Position numbers and translations under genes: made by a program. A stretch of DNA of 64,000 bases from an uncultured virus (IMG/VR IMGVR_UViG_3300035696_000009). Its lineage: Duplodnaviria; Heunggongvirae; Uroviricota; Caudoviricetes. Location of the stretch: the IMG/VR virus record IMGVR_UViG_3300035696_000009; one strand, given 5' to 3'. Positions 18,871 through 29,066 of this stretch are shown here, in pieces; position 1 is the stretch's first letter, and the number at the start of each line of letters is the position of its first letter. Under the pieces are notes generated by a model. The model was not told where the DNA came from, searched no databases, and worked only from the letters and a program-made list of their open reading frames with translations.

Positions 18871-19329
18871 TCACCACCATACTTGCGGCGGCGGCGCCGA
18901 CGTTTCCCATGGACCGCGGGGCGTGAAGCTCCGGTTGCCGGCGTAGTAGCTCGCCGCGGGGAGGCGACGCGCCGGGGGCGGCGCGGGCGCGACCGCGTTC
19001 AGGAACTTCGTGAGCACGCTCGTCCCGCGCGGCACCATCAGGTGCTGCACGACGAGGCCGCCGCCGATGACGAGGACCCAGGTCTCGGTCGGGCCGAGCC
19101 GCTTGAAGAACTTGCTCGCGCGGTCGGTGAGCGACCCGCCGCGGCGCGGACCGCGGGCCCGGGGCTCGTGCTTCTCGGGCTCGCCCGCGTGCTCTTCCTC
19201 TTCGGCCTCCTCGGCCTCGGCTTGCTCCTCGGCGGGCTCCTCGGTCTCCTCGGTCTCCTCGGGCTCCGCCTCCGCGCGGCGCTGCCGGATCTTCTCGAGC
19301 ACGAACGGCGACAAAGGACGGGCTGCCAT
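18871..19329 (-). CDS. hypothetical membrane protein
   Basis: Acidic tract and one TM segment. Confidence 0.55.
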   Translation of the reverse strand: MAARPLSPFVLEKIRQRRAEAEPEETEETEEPAEEQAEAEEAEEEEHAGEPEKHEPRARGPRRGGSLTDRASKFFKRLGPTETWVLVIGGGLVVQHLMVPRGTSVLTKFLNAVAPAPPPARRLPAASYYAGNRSFTPRGPWETSAPPPQVWW

Positions 19330-19399
19330 GCCTCGAGATTACCATCCGCTGCGCAGCCGGCCAAAAAGGAGCATTTCTGGTACGAGGTGACGATCTGCT

Positions 19400-19951
19400 A
19401 TGTTCGGGGCGTTGGACAAGAGAGACACGCGCAGGGAACCCGAGCAGAGAGCAAACCACCGCATCCGCGTCCCCGAGGTCCGCGTCATCGGTGCGGACGG
19501 CAAGATGATCGGTGTCATGAAGACGCACGAGGCCGTGGCGCAGGCCAAGGCCGCGGGGCTCGACCTCGTCGAGGTGGACCCGCGCGCGCAGCCGCCCGTC
19601 TGTCGGGTCTGCGATTTCGGCAAGCTGAAGTACGACAAGAAGAAGGAGGACGCGCGCAGACGCGCCTCGCAGGTCGTCGTCGAGACGAAGGAGATCAAGC
19701 TCCGCCCGAAGACCGGCGACCACGACATCGCCCACATGGTGGCGCGCGCCCGCACCTTTCTCGGCGAGCGGCACAAGGTGAAGTTCACGGTCCGGTTCCG
19801 GGGGCGCGAGATCACGCACCCCGAGAAGGCGCGCGAACAGCTCGACCTCGTGCTCGCGCAGATCGCGGACCTCGCGATCGTGGAGCAGGGCGCCTCGATG
19901 GAGCAGCGCGCGATGTACTTGCTCGTCGGACCGAAACCTCTGCGAGGATGA
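19400..19951 (+). CDS. infC: translation initiation factor IF-3
   Basis: NHRIRVPEVRVIG, LDLVEVDP...PPVCRVCDFGKLKY, KEIKLRP, KVKFTVRFRGRE. Confidence 0.95.
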   Translation: MFGALDKRDTRREPEQRANHRIRVPEVRVIGADGKMIGVMKTHEAVAQAKAAGLDLVEVDPRAQPPVCRVCDFGKLKYDKKKEDARRRASQVVVETKEIKLRPKTGDHDIAHMVARARTFLGERHKVKFTVRFRGREITHPEKAREQLDLVLAQIADLAIVEQGASMEQRAMYLLVGPKPLRG

Positions 19952-20596
19952 CGGCCGCGTGAACAACAAACAGCGGCGGGCGGTCGAGGTTCAAGTGCGT
20001 AAGGGTTGCCAGAAATGCGGCGCCCCGGCGACGATCCTCATTGTCTGGTCTTTCGAGGACATGGCGAGCCCGAGCCTCGAGCACCCGATCCAAGCGTTCA
20101 TCCGGTGCGACGCCCACGTCGGAGAAGTCCGCGCCGAGAAGCCGCAGTCGCCGCCGCACATCTACGTTCGCGTCTACGAGGAGCCGATCAAACCCCTCGT
20201 CCTGCAGTGATCAGAGAAGCCCCGCCATCCTGATCCTGATCTCGCGCTCGGCGTCGAGCTTCGCGCTCTCGATCGATCCCCCCTTCGACTTGCGGATCAC
20301 CTTGCAGGAGCACTCCTTGTCCTCGTAGTCGAAGACGACGTACGAGAACGTGTTCCAGTGCGTCCCTCCTTCGCGGCCTCTCACGGCCATAGCTTCGAAG
20401 CGCCCGGCGACGCGCTCGGTGCGCCAGTAGTCGCCGTGGGGGTTTCGCCATTCGATGGTGGCCCGTAGCGGCGCCGGCGACGTCGGTCTCGGGGAGAAGC
20501 TCTTCGGGCGTGGCGTGGGCGGTCTCCGCGGCTGGGCCCTCGCCAGATCGGCGCGCGGGAGCGGCGTTCGCGGCGGGGCTCTCGGGAAGAGGCGGC

Positions 20597-20908
20597 TCAC
20601 TCCGTCGCCCGTGCGCTGGTCTCGATCGGGAACTTCTCGCGGAGGCGGTCCACGCACGCCGCGTCGAGGTCGCAGTCGTCGCCCGCGAAGCGCGCGGCGC
20701 AGATGACGACGTCGGCGAGCGGGTTGTGGATCTGACTCCACGAGAGCGCCCTGCCCTCGTGTTCGGCGTCGTTCAGGGCCGACGCCAGCTTGCCGAGCGC
20801 CTTCATCATGTGGACAAGCGCGTGCTTCGGGTCAGAGCCGTGGCAGGGGTTATGGTCCTGCCTTTCCCAGCGGCCGTTCACTTCTTCTTGCAGCTTCCTG
20901 AGATCCAT
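20597..20908 (-). CDS. MazG-like NTP pyrophosphohydrolase-fold protein
   Basis: MDLRKLQ...ALGKLA...LADVVICAARFA..DLDAA. Confidence 0.5.
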   Translation of the reverse strand: MDLRKLQEEVNGRWERQDHNPCHGSDPKHALVHMMKALGKLASALNDAEHEGRALSWSQIHNPLADVVICAARFAGDDCDLDAACVDRLREKFPIETSARATE

Positions 20909-21658
20909 TCAGTCCTCCCAGTGGAACGTGATTTCGCCGGGCTTCATCACGTAGAAGGGGTTACCGTCCTCGGGCCAGTCGCAGCGGGTGCCGAGCCACG
21001 CGCGCCAGCAGAGCTTCCTCGAGCCCTCGCACCGGCACTCGCCGGTGTTGTGGGTAGCCTCTTCCTCGCGCGAGGCGCCGGGTTTGTTGCAGTGCTCGCA
21101 GGCGACGCCGGCGAAAGGGACCTCGCCCGAGCGATCTCCATTCACGAGCGACCCGCCTGCATGCGCGAGACCGTCCGGTTCGAGACCTTGTTCCAAAGTT
21201 CTCGGTGCTCCTTGCAGAGTTTGCCGAGCATGAGCTGCACGACTGCATGGGGACCGGTGCCCGACGTGAGCTGCACGCCGAGCGACGCGCAGAACCCGAC
21301 GAAGAGTGCGCGCTCCACGGACCCATCGGCGAAGCAGACCGACTCGCAGATGAAGCACTCGCCGTGCTGCTGCCCGCACTGGCTGCACGTCTTCTTGTCC
21401 GCCATCGCTCGGAGCTTACCGCATCGCGCGCAGGTCTTCACCTTCCGGCGCTCGGGCCCTACGTATCTTGCCATGACCGAAGATCGCGGCGCGACGAAGC
21501 TCTGCGAGGCGTGCCGCGGATCCGGCACCGAAGACACGGGCCCGAGGTTCGCGGGCGACGACGACGACAGCGACGTGCACTTCCCGGTGCCGCCGCCGCG
21601 TTGCTCGGTCTGCGGCGGCAAGGGACGCGTGCCTTTGGGCCACGGCCTGCGCTGACGC

Positions 21659-22432
21659 CTAAGACTGGTCGTCGGAACCGTGGCAGTCGGCGAACGCGAG
21701 CCCGCTGCTGCATGGGCACGGATCGCGAGGCTGGGTGACGCTCAGTTGCCCGCCCGCCAGAACGAACGACTCGAGCGCCTTCGCTGCTTCGTGAGCGCGC
21801 TCCGTGAACTTATCCTGGTCGCGCTCGTACGCGCGGCGGAGGGCCGCGCGGTACTCGAGGTCGCGCTTGGCGAAGAGGATGCTGTTCATCTCGTGGCGCC
21901 AGGCGCGTTCGGCTTCGGTCTCCCCGATGTACTCGGCGACGGCGTCCTTCGCGGGGACGTTCGCGCTGTACGGCCATCCAGCAGCGATGGTCATCTCCGA
22001 GATCGGCATGTCGTCGTGGGTCAACGGTCCGAACTCCGCTTCGAGGTCGCTCAAGACGCCGTCGCAGATGGCGTCCTCTTCGTAGAGCGTGTACACCGGG
22101 CCACCGCCGAGCACGCGCTCGAGGCGCTTGTCCTGGATGTCGAGGCATTTGGCCAGACGCCCTTCGCTCAGGCACCGGGGGCACGTGATCGAACGCTCGT
22201 AGCGGAGCGCCGCGTTGATCTGCCCCGCGCTGCGGATCTGAATGACCCCGCAGAACTGGCACGTGATCTCGAAGCGCCGGCACTTGCCGACCAGACCGAT
22301 GTCTCGAACGACGATCGATTGGCCAACGCGGTCGCCGACGGCGACCGAGCGACGCGCCCACCGGCCCCCGGTCTTGATCTCGCGGTAAAGGTCGGCGGGC
22401 GCACCTAGATCGGCCATGGCGACGCCCTGCAT
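21659..22432 (-). CDS. SEC-C motif / zinc-binding protein
   Basis: C-terminal PRDPCPCSSGLAFADCHG; CQFC...CPRC. Confidence 0.7.
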   Translation of the reverse strand: MQGVAMADLGAPADLYREIKTGGRWARRSVAVGDRVGQSIVVRDIGLVGKCRRFEITCQFCGVIQIRSAGQINAALRYERSITCPRCLSEGRLAKCLDIQDKRLERVLGGGPVYTLYEEDAICDGVLSDLEAEFGPLTHDDMPISEMTIAAGWPYSANVPAKDAVAEYIGETEAERAWRHEMNSILFAKRDLEYRAALRRAYERDQDKFTERAHEAAKALESFVLAGGQLSVTQPRDPCPCSSGLAFADCHGSDDQS

Positions 22433-22484
22433 CGTACCATCCTATGCACGAGCTGCCGTCAAATCAACGGCACGAAAATAAAAA

Positions 22485-22554
22485 GTCCGGACGAAGTGGG
22501 CGCGCGTGGGGGTCTTCATCTTAGGTAGATAACCCACGCGCTTCCGGCCCGAAC
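22485..22554 (-). ncRNA. short Y-RNA-like gene
   Basis: Terminal stem GTTCGGGCCG...CTTCGTCCGGAC resembles the copies at 26462-26998. Confidence 0.55.
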
Positions 22555-23100
22555 CTGTATTCTTGAGGAAAGATCCGCTGGGCTTTGCCCAACGATGACC
22601 GCGCGCCCAATGATTGAGTAGCAGTTCGGTACGCTGCCCATCATTTCACAGAAAGTCTTTGCGCCCTCGTCGGACAAAATGTAGGTCCATGCTCGTCACG
22701 TGTGACTGCGCGCAGGGGTAATAGGTGACCTCTTCTCGTGGTTCGGATCGCACCCGAAAGCAGAGCTGTGGGTGCATGTGTTCGGATCGAGAGGATGGAC
22801 CCAATGACTACCGAGTAACCGTCGCCGTTTCGGAGAGGTCGCGCGAGCACCCTCCGAAATGTGACGAGCCGTGAAGCGCTAGCGGCGCGACACGGCTCTC
22901 TAGTTCGCACGGGAAGGTTGTGCGCCTCGACGAGGAGGACGATGGGAGTATCCATCGTCGGATGTCGCGGCGCAAGGGCTGAGTTTTGTTCTTTTGCCGA
23001 AAGGAGTCCACATGGACCCGTTCCGCCCGTTCGAGGCCTTCGTGTGCCCGCTCATCATCCGTCTGCGATGGTGGTGGGTCGCGGAAGCCCTCGCCGCCGC

Positions 23101-23283
23101 CTAGCCGGACTGCTTGCTCTTTAACCGCTGTGCCTCGCGGATGGCGGTGGAGAGTAGCCAGGCCGACAATCCGATACCCAGCGATTCCGCCGCCTCGGCC
23201 AGCGCCGCCTTTTGGTCCTCCGTGACCCTGATGTGGATGCTGATGTCCTTGATGACGTCCTTTCGCTTCTTTCTGCTCGCCAT
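23101..23283 (-). CDS. RHH / DUF1778-like regulator
   Basis: ISIHIRVTEDQKAALAEAAESLGIGLSAWL. Confidence 0.75.
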   Translation of the reverse strand: MASRKKRKDVIKDISIHIRVTEDQKAALAEAAESLGIGLSAWLLSTAIREAQRLKSKQSG

Positions 23284-23289
23284 AACTAC

Positions 23290-23349
23290 GTGTAGCCACG
23301 TTAGGTCCCGCCCGTCAAGGGCTGGACTGTAGCCCTAACGTGGCTACAC
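23290..23349. promoter_or_regulatory. perfect 16-bp inverted repeat between divergent RHH and transposase genes
   Basis: GTGTAGCCACGTTAGG (23290) and CCTAACGTGGCTACAC (23334). Confidence 0.7.
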
Positions 23350-23356
23350 TCTAGGT

Positions 23357-24601
23357 ATGGATACGGCAGTCATCAGTCCTCGGCAGGAACGGGGGCTCGC
23401 TCTCGCGAAGGGGCGCGCCAAGCTGTTCCGGCAAATCTCTGGCGACATGTTTCTCGTGCCGTCGGCCACAAACTCGGGAAGCGGCTACGTCGTCGACGCG
23501 GTCAAGAGCGAGTGTACGTGCCCGGACTACGAGACGCATCGCGATCTCTGCAAGCACCTCTGGGCACTCCGGTACTTCCGCCACGAAGTGCAGATGCCCG
23601 ACGGGACGACTGTCGTGACCGAAACCGTAGAACGCATCTCGTACTCCCAAGACTGGCGCGCGTACAACGCGGCGCAGTGCACCGAGAAGGAGGTCTCCCA
23701 GGTCCTCCTCCGCTCGCTCTGCGACACGATCGTGACGCCTCCACACCCCGGACGCGGTCCCAAGCCCATCCCGCTCGCGGACGCGGTGTACGGCATGGCG
23801 ACCAAGGTCTACACGACCGTCAGCGGGCGACGCGCGACCACGGACATCAAGGCGTGCAAGGCCGCAGGCCTCATGACGCGGCAGCCGCACTACAACTCGA
23901 TCTTCAACTACTGCCAGAAGCCCGAGCTGACGCCCGTGCTGACGAGCCTCGTCGAGCTTGCCGCGACGCCGCTCAAGGCCATCGAGCACGACTTCGCGGC
24001 CGACGCGACTGGCTTCGCAACGCCGACGTACGTGCGATGGTTCGACTACAAGCACGGCGAAGATCGCCGCGTCCAGAAGTGGGTGAAGTGCCATGCCATG
24101 ATCGGCACCGTCACCAACATCATCACGTCCGTCGCGGTCACCGACAGCACCGTGCACGACTCACCGATGTTCAAGACGCTCGTCGAGCGCACCGCTGCGC
24201 ACGGCTACGACATGAAGGAGATCAGCGCGGACAAGGGTTACCTGAGCCACGCGAACCTCGCCATCGTCGAGGGCGTCGGCGCGACGCCGTTCGTGCCGTT
24301 CAAGCTCAACTCGAAGAGCATGGGCAGCCCGGCGTGGGAGCGGATGTTTCACTACTACTCCCTCAACAAGGAAGACTTCCTCGCGCACTACCACAAGCGC
24401 TCCAACGTCGAGAGCACGTTCGGCGCGATGAAGAAGAAGTTCGGTGCCGCGCTTCGGAGCAAGCTGCCCGTAGCGCAGGTGAACGAGGTGCTCCTGAAGT
24501 GCCTCTGCTTCAACCTCTCCACGCTCGTCCATTCGATCTACGAGTTCAACATCGAGCCGAAGTTCTGGCTCCCGCCTGTCGCGAACGGAGCGTCACAATG
24601 A
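23357..24601 (+). CDS. DDE transposase (IS4/IS5-like) with N-terminal SWIM zinc finger
   Basis: CTCPD...CKH; AADATG, SADKGY, YHKRSNVESTFGAMKKKFG. Confidence 0.9.
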   Translation: MDTAVISPRQERGLALAKGRAKLFRQISGDMFLVPSATNSGSGYVVDAVKSECTCPDYETHRDLCKHLWALRYFRHEVQMPDGTTVVTETVERISYSQDWRAYNAAQCTEKEVSQVLLRSLCDTIVTPPHPGRGPKPIPLADAVYGMATKVYTTVSGRRATTDIKACKAAGLMTRQPHYNSIFNYCQKPELTPVLTSLVELAATPLKAIEHDFAADATGFATPTYVRWFDYKHGEDRRVQKWVKCHAMIGTVTNIITSVAVTDSTVHDSPMFKTLVERTAAHGYDMKEISADKGYLSHANLAIVEGVGATPFVPFKLNSKSMGSPAWERMFHYYSLNKEDFLAHYHKRSNVESTFGAMKKKFGAALRSKLPVAQVNEVLLKCLCFNLSTLVHSIYEFNIEPKFWLPPVANGASQ

Positions 24602-24873
24602 GCGCCGACCTCACGCCTGCCGAGCAGACCAACGTCCGCACCGCGCTCCGCTACCTGCGGGCGCGTTGCGGCGGGTGGGAGCCAGTTGCAAAGGCTTTGC
24701 ACTTCAAGGCGACGACGCTCGGACAGATCGCATGCTCGCGCAAGGTGGCCAGCGCGAGCCTGGCCGTCCGCATCGCGCGTTTCGCGTCGGTTGGCGTGGA
24801 CGACGTCCTCGCCGGTCGCTTCCCCACGCCCGGTACCTGTCCGCACTGCGGGCATCACACGGAGCAAACGTGA
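24598..24873 (+). CDS. HTH protein with C-terminal CPHC
   Basis: Coupled to transposase stop; similar to 46365..47305 proteins. Confidence 0.7.
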   Translation: MSADLTPAEQTNVRTALRYLRARCGGWEPVAKALHFKATTLGQIACSRKVASASLAVRIARFASVGVDDVLAGRFPTPGTCPHCGHHTEQT

Positions 24874-24943
24874 TGGGTCACGTCTGGTCTCTCGAGGTTA
24901 TCATCCTGTCCCTGCGGCTTGCTTTGGCTGCCCATCAGCGATC

Positions 24944-25507
24944 CTACAAGCAGTTGCCCTGCCCGTCGCAGTTGCCGCTGCAACAGTCTGAGCAATCGGA
25001 TTCCTGCGATGGGCTTCCCGCTTGGGTGCACCCGCAGAAGTTGTCGCCCGCGCATACTGCGGAGCAACACTGGTTGCTGGTCGTGCACGCGATGTTGTCG
25101 GCGAGACACGAACCTGCGTCGTTGCCCGCGTCGTTGTTCGCAGCGGTCGGGCAGAACGTCGTCCCGCACTGGACCGCGCAGTCCGAACAGGCGCACGTCC
25201 ACCAACTCACCCATTCGCTCGTTGCGTTCGACGACGCGCTGCTCTCGCAGTTGGAGGGACAGTTCGTGAAGTTGGCGCATTGGTCGACGCACTTGTTGAG
25301 CGAGGTGCAAACGGAGTCGCCCTCGCAGTTCTTAGCCTGCGTCGCGCAGTCGTTGCCCGACGCTTGGCTCAGACACATCTGGCACGCGGACGGGACGTTC
25401 GCATTGTTGCCTAGGGTGGCACCGGCGTCGGCTCCGCCGCTGGAGGAGTTGCAGCCAAAGGCCGCGGATGCGACGACGAGAAGGCCCACCACCGACGTGC
25501 GCATCAT
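24944..25507 (-). CDS. Cys-rich lipoprotein
   Basis: Lipobox AFGC, DAG linkers, many Cys. Confidence 0.7.
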   Translation of the reverse strand: MMRTSVVGLLVVASAAFGCNSSSGGADAGATLGNNANVPSACQMCLSQASGNDCATQAKNCEGDSVCTSLNKCVDQCANFTNCPSNCESSASSNATSEWVSWWTCACSDCAVQCGTTFCPTAANNDAGNDAGSCLADNIACTTSNQCCSAVCAGDNFCGCTQAGSPSQESDCSDCCSGNCDGQGNCL

Positions 25508-25761
25508 CAGTGGCAACTCCCAAGCGACGAAGTGTTGCCGTTGTTGCTACAGGTGCCGCTCCCACAGCAGTCGCCATCAGAGTCACACGAGCCAGAATTG
25601 GTGCACTGGCATGTTCCGCCGCCGCAACTGCCGCTGCAGCAGTCGTTGCCGCCGTTACAGGAATCACCAACCTGGGCGCACGTGTTCGGATTGGGCGACG
25701 AACATGCTGCCGCGGCGACGACGAGTAACCCGAAGCATACTGCCTGAATGAGCTTCCTCAT
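25507..25761 (-). CDS. small Cys-rich lipoprotein
   Basis: AAAC lipobox; C...DCCSG.C repeats. Confidence 0.65.
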   Translation of the reverse strand: MRKLIQAVCFGLLVVAAAACSSPNPNTCAQVGDSCNGGNDCCSGSCGGGTCQCTNSGSCDSDGDCCGSGTCSNNGNTSSLGSCH

Positions 25762-25855
25762 GGTGGCCATCGTCGTTCCATGCGCATGCAAAGCAACTGC
25801 TTTGTGAAGCAACTGCTTTCTACCTGCGCTGGGCTTCGCCTGAAAGCGTACGTTC

Positions 25856-26092
25856 GTGCGCTACGACCCCGATCGCGTCGTCAAACAGCTCGGAAAGAGG
25901 ATCGCCGAGCTACGCGTCGCGAAGCAATTATCGCAGGGCGATCTGGCGCAGAAGATCCGGGCGACACCGCAGTGGATCTCGCAGCTCGAAAGAGGCACAC
26001 GAAGTCCGACGGTTCACACGCTCGTCAAGCTCGCGAATGCGCTTGATGTGCCGCTCGGCGACCTTATCGAAACGCCTAAACGCCGAGAGTGA
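25856..26092 (+). CDS. XRE-family HTH regulator
   Basis: LSQGDLA...WISQLERGTRSPTVHTLVKLANAL. Confidence 0.9.
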   Translation: MRYDPDRVVKQLGKRIAELRVAKQLSQGDLAQKIRATPQWISQLERGTRSPTVHTLVKLANALDVPLGDLIETPKRRE

Positions 26093-26461
26093 CCAGTTCA
26101 CGGCGAGACTGAACGGGTGGGCGGCCTCACGTCCACGTGTTAGTCTGAAGGCAGGTCAGGCAGAGTCTGCCAGGCCAGTGAGCGTTAGCGCGCTCACGTC
26201 CACGTCATTCACCGGAGTTAGCAATGAACAACATGTTCCTGGCAGGCTCTGCCTGGCCTACGCGCGAGAATCTCGAGCTGACCTTCCCGCTCGTGAAAGT
26301 GAAGATCCCGGCGACGAAGGCCAACAAGAAGCATCCTGCGGCGGCCCTCGCGGCCTTCATCGGCGCGATCGTTCTGCACTGATCGGCGACGACGTTGCCC
26401 AACGATTCGTGCTGATGCCCAGCTATTTGGGTCGGGATCCGATTCATTAGGCAAAGCCGCT

Positions 26462-26597
26462 CCGCTGGATGAAGAGGTGCGCTCGAAGATTTTCGGCGCT
26501 CTATCCCTGAGCTACAGACCGATTGTCGGTCTGACCCGGATTCAAACCAGGCATCCTCCGCCTCCTAATGGGTAATCGAACACGGCCGACCCAGCGG
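26462..26597 (-). ncRNA. Y RNA (YrlA-like, tRNA-like domain)
   Basis: 5' CCGCTGGGTCG, T-like arm, loop-closed acceptor, D arm TAGCTCAG, 3' CTTCATCCAGCGG. Confidence 0.75.
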
Positions 26598-26618
26598 CGT
26601 TTTTCTTTCTGAAAAATC

Positions 26619-26751
26619 CTGTCGGATGAAGGGCGAAGCTCGGGGTTAGGTGTCCTGACCACTAGACGACAGCGCTTTTTAGGGTGCCGGCTGGATTCGA
26701 ACCAGCGTTACCCGCATGTTAGGCGGTAACCGAATTTCAACGACCCGACAG
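26619..26751 (-). ncRNA. Y RNA (YrlA-like)
   Basis: 5' CTGTCGGGTCG, GCTGGTTCGAATCCAGC T arm before the D arm, 3' CTTCATCCGACAG. Confidence 0.8.
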
Positions 26752-26791
26752 TGAACTCTTGCTCTTTCTTTTCTCCCTTTTTGGAAAAACT

Positions 26792-26922
26792 GTTCTGGAT
26801 GAAGAATCGTCTCTCGCGTTTTGACGGCTGCTCTGCCAACTGAGCTACTCGAGCCTTTCGGCCGAGGCGGGACTCGAACCCGCGACGTGCTGTTTGATTA
26901 GCGAATGACTGCGACCCAGAAC
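26792..26922 (-). ncRNA. Y RNA (YrlA-like)
   Basis: 5' GTTCTGGGTCG, GCGGGTTCGAGTCCCGC, GAAA-closed acceptor, TAGCTCAGTTGGCAGAGC, 3' CTTCATCCAGAAC. Confidence 0.85.
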
Positions 26923-26933
26923 CAACAATCTAT

Positions 26934-26998
26934 GTTCGGATGAAGAATCGCGGCTGCGGGTTACATTTGCCAGGTAACGCAACCGCTACGACCCGAAC
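26934..26998 (-). ncRNA. short Y RNA without tRNA-like domain
   Basis: GTTCGGGTCG...CTTCATCCGAAC immediately downstream of Ro60. Confidence 0.7.
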
Positions 26999-27010
26999 GA
27001 TCTTCCTATA

Positions 27011-28702
27011 TCACCCCCGCGCGAACTCCGCCATGATGCTCGGCGCCGTCGTGTCGAACCCGATCACGTTGAGCGACCTCGGGTTCTTGCCGACGTCCTT
27101 CATCCATTCCGAACCGGGCTGGGCGATGGTGTACTCGGTCGCCGTCATCCCGACGACACAGATCTTGGCGTCCCGACCCGACTTCTGCCGGTACTGCTCG
27201 AGCGCCTGGAACGGGTGGACTGCCCCGGCCCACGTCTCGTTGTCCGTGTAGACGTGGAAGACGTCGACGGCGAGGTTGTGCTTGGTCGCGTGGAGCATCG
27301 GCAGGGCGCAGTCCGTCCCTCCGAACGGCAGGCCCGAGATCGCCTTGACGACGTCGTCGAGCCTCTGGCGCGGGCTGACCTTCAGCTCGGTGACGCCGGA
27401 CGGGTCGCCGCCGTGCATCCCGCCGTAGCCGCGCCCGCCGGACGTGAACCCGACGCACGCCCAGTTCTTCTCGGCGCGCGCGGTGACCATCGCCATCGCT
27501 GCGCTGGCCTCGCGGCACGTGAGCGAGGTGCCGCCTATGGGCGTGCCCATCGAGCCCGACACGTCGAGCGCGAGGAACGTCGCCTTGCCCGTCGGCTCGA
27601 TCACGTCGAAGCTCGCGTAGAAGGCGTCGTCGAGCGCGTCCACGACGGCGCGCTCCGGCGTCCACGAGAGCGAGCCCTTCAGGCCGTGCCCTCCCGCGTA
27701 GGTCTTCATCGCGTAGAGGACGGTCATCGGATGAACGCGTCCCTTCTTGAGCGCGGCCTTGTCGGCGAGCTTCTCGGCGATGAGCTTCGTATGCTCGCCC
27801 ATCGGCTTCGTCATTCCGAGGCTCGAGAGCTTGCCGAGGTTCCTGATGAGCGCAGTCGGGCCGATGTGCTCGAGGAGCGCCTCCCACACGATCTTCTCGT
27901 TCTTCATCTCGTTCGGGACGCACTCGTGGGGGAGCCTGAACTCCGAGATGAGGCGCGCCGCGCGGCCGGGCGTGACGCCGGCCGAGTGGATCTCCTCGAA
28001 CGCGGCGATGATCGCCGGGAGCTTGTCCTTGTCGTGCGCCTTGTCGCGCGCGTGCTTCTCGCGCTTCTCCGACATGCCGGCCATACCGACGGTCACGTAG
28101 CGCATGATCGCCGCGTGCTCGGGGGTCTTGGGCGTCGGGTGCGCGAGGCGCAGGACGTCCCGGTGCGCCCAGCCGTCCCTCTGCTGGTACTTGATGCAGT
28201 CGTACGCGAGGTCGCTCGCGGTCTTGTCGTTGTACCACTTGGCGACGGCGGTCCTCAGCGACCGGCCCCAGCGCCGGAAGTACTCGACGTCTGCGGCGAA
28301 GTGGAAGAGGTGCGTGCCGATGCGGCACACCTTCGGCAGCGCGGCGAGCGCGGCCTGGCGCGTCGCGGGGCCGTCGGCCCCGGCGCACATCGCGAGCGCG
28401 AAGATGGCGGGGTCGTTCTTCGGCGCGCGGCCCCCGTCCGAGATCTCGACGATGCGCGCGACCGTGCGCGGCCCGTCGGCCCTGATGCACTCCTCCACGG
28501 CCTTCGAGGCCTGGATCGTGTGCTCCTTCTCGCCAGCGTAGTACGTGCCGCCCTCGGTTCCGAGAACGAGGAACCTGTCGAGGCGCTGCCAGCAGTCGAG
28601 CTGGAAGACGAAGCCCCCGGCGTTGTTCTCCACCTGGTCGGGGCGGGCCTTCTCGCGCTGCGGGGTGGAGAGGTTCGAGACGTGGGTCGAGTAGCGTGTC
28701 AT
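27011..28702 (-). CDS. rsr: Ro60 / TROVE-domain RNA-binding protein
   Basis: NNAGGFVF, RFLVLGTEGGTYY, KYQQRDGWAHRDVLRLAHP, LALDVSGSM (vWA MIDAS), GGTDCALPM, YTDNETW. Confidence 0.97.
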   Translation of the reverse strand: MTRYSTHVSNLSTPQREKARPDQVENNAGGFVFQLDCWQRLDRFLVLGTEGGTYYAGEKEHTIQASKAVEECIRADGPRTVARIVEISDGGRAPKNDPAIFALAMCAGADGPATRQAALAALPKVCRIGTHLFHFAADVEYFRRWGRSLRTAVAKWYNDKTASDLAYDCIKYQQRDGWAHRDVLRLAHPTPKTPEHAAIMRYVTVGMAGMSEKREKHARDKAHDKDKLPAIIAAFEEIHSAGVTPGRAARLISEFRLPHECVPNEMKNEKIVWEALLEHIGPTALIRNLGKLSSLGMTKPMGEHTKLIAEKLADKAALKKGRVHPMTVLYAMKTYAGGHGLKGSLSWTPERAVVDALDDAFYASFDVIEPTGKATFLALDVSGSMGTPIGGTSLTCREASAAMAMVTARAEKNWACVGFTSGGRGYGGMHGGDPSGVTELKVSPRQRLDDVVKAISGLPFGGTDCALPMLHATKHNLAVDVFHVYTDNETWAGAVHPFQALEQYRQKSGRDAKICVVGMTATEYTIAQPGSEWMKDVGKNPRSLNVIGFDTTAPSIMAEFARG

Positions 28703-28776
28703 GGCAAATGTTCCTTTCCGAGGAATGACGCGGCGGTGGTACCCGACGCGAGGGCTGCCGTCAAACTGACAGCCCG

Positions 28777-28864
28777 TGGCGGAAATCGGAGAGCACGATT
28801 CTCAGCGCCTTTCGACGCCGCATGGTTTAGCAAACCAGCCCCGCACCCTGCGGGTTCGATTTCC
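28777..28864 (-). tRNA. tRNA-Ser(GCT)
   Basis: Loop TTGCTAA, long variable arm, GCCA end. Confidence 0.8.
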
Positions 28865-28865
28865 G

Positions 28866-28955
28866 TGGCGGAAGACGGTGATCTCGAGTCACAAGCGCGC
28901 GGGGCGCTCGCACCGTGTTCAAAGCGGGCCCGGTCGCCCGACCGGTTCGTCTTCC
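28866..28955 (-). tRNA. tRNA-Ser(TGA)
   Basis: Loop TTTGAAC, long variable arm, GCCA end. Confidence 0.7.
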
Positions 28956-28956
28956 G

Positions 28957-29044
28957 TGGCGGAAGGGAGAGAGCACGATTCCCAACGTGTTGCCACGTCG
29001 CACTGATTTCGAATCAGGCCCAGCTCCTCGCTGGTTTCCCTTCC
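28957..29044 (-). tRNA. tRNA-Ser(CGA)
   Basis: Loop TTCGAAA, long variable arm, GCCA end. Confidence 0.8.
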
Positions 29045-29066
29045 GTGGTGTCGTCCTGTTCGTCCT

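Larger units (their letters stand above)
22581..26458 (+). mobile_element. cargo-carrying DDE transposon
   Basis: Imperfect TIRs GGCTTTGCCCAACGA / GGCTTTGCCTAATGA (rc); flanks GATCCGCTG and GCTCCGCTG (9-bp TSD, 1 mismatch); internal transposase. Confidence 0.75.

Noticed and set aside
26462..26922. Calling these ordinary tRNAs or pseudo-tRNAs
   Set aside because: The T arm precedes the D arm, the acceptor is loop-closed, and the shared Ro-binding stem plus adjacent Ro60 indicate Y RNAs
28866..28955. Selenocysteine or suppressor tRNA
   Set aside because: The anticodon reads TGA (Ser), not TCA; no canonical CTA/TTA/TCA anticodon tRNA was found, and genes end at normal stop codons, so there is no evidence for recoding
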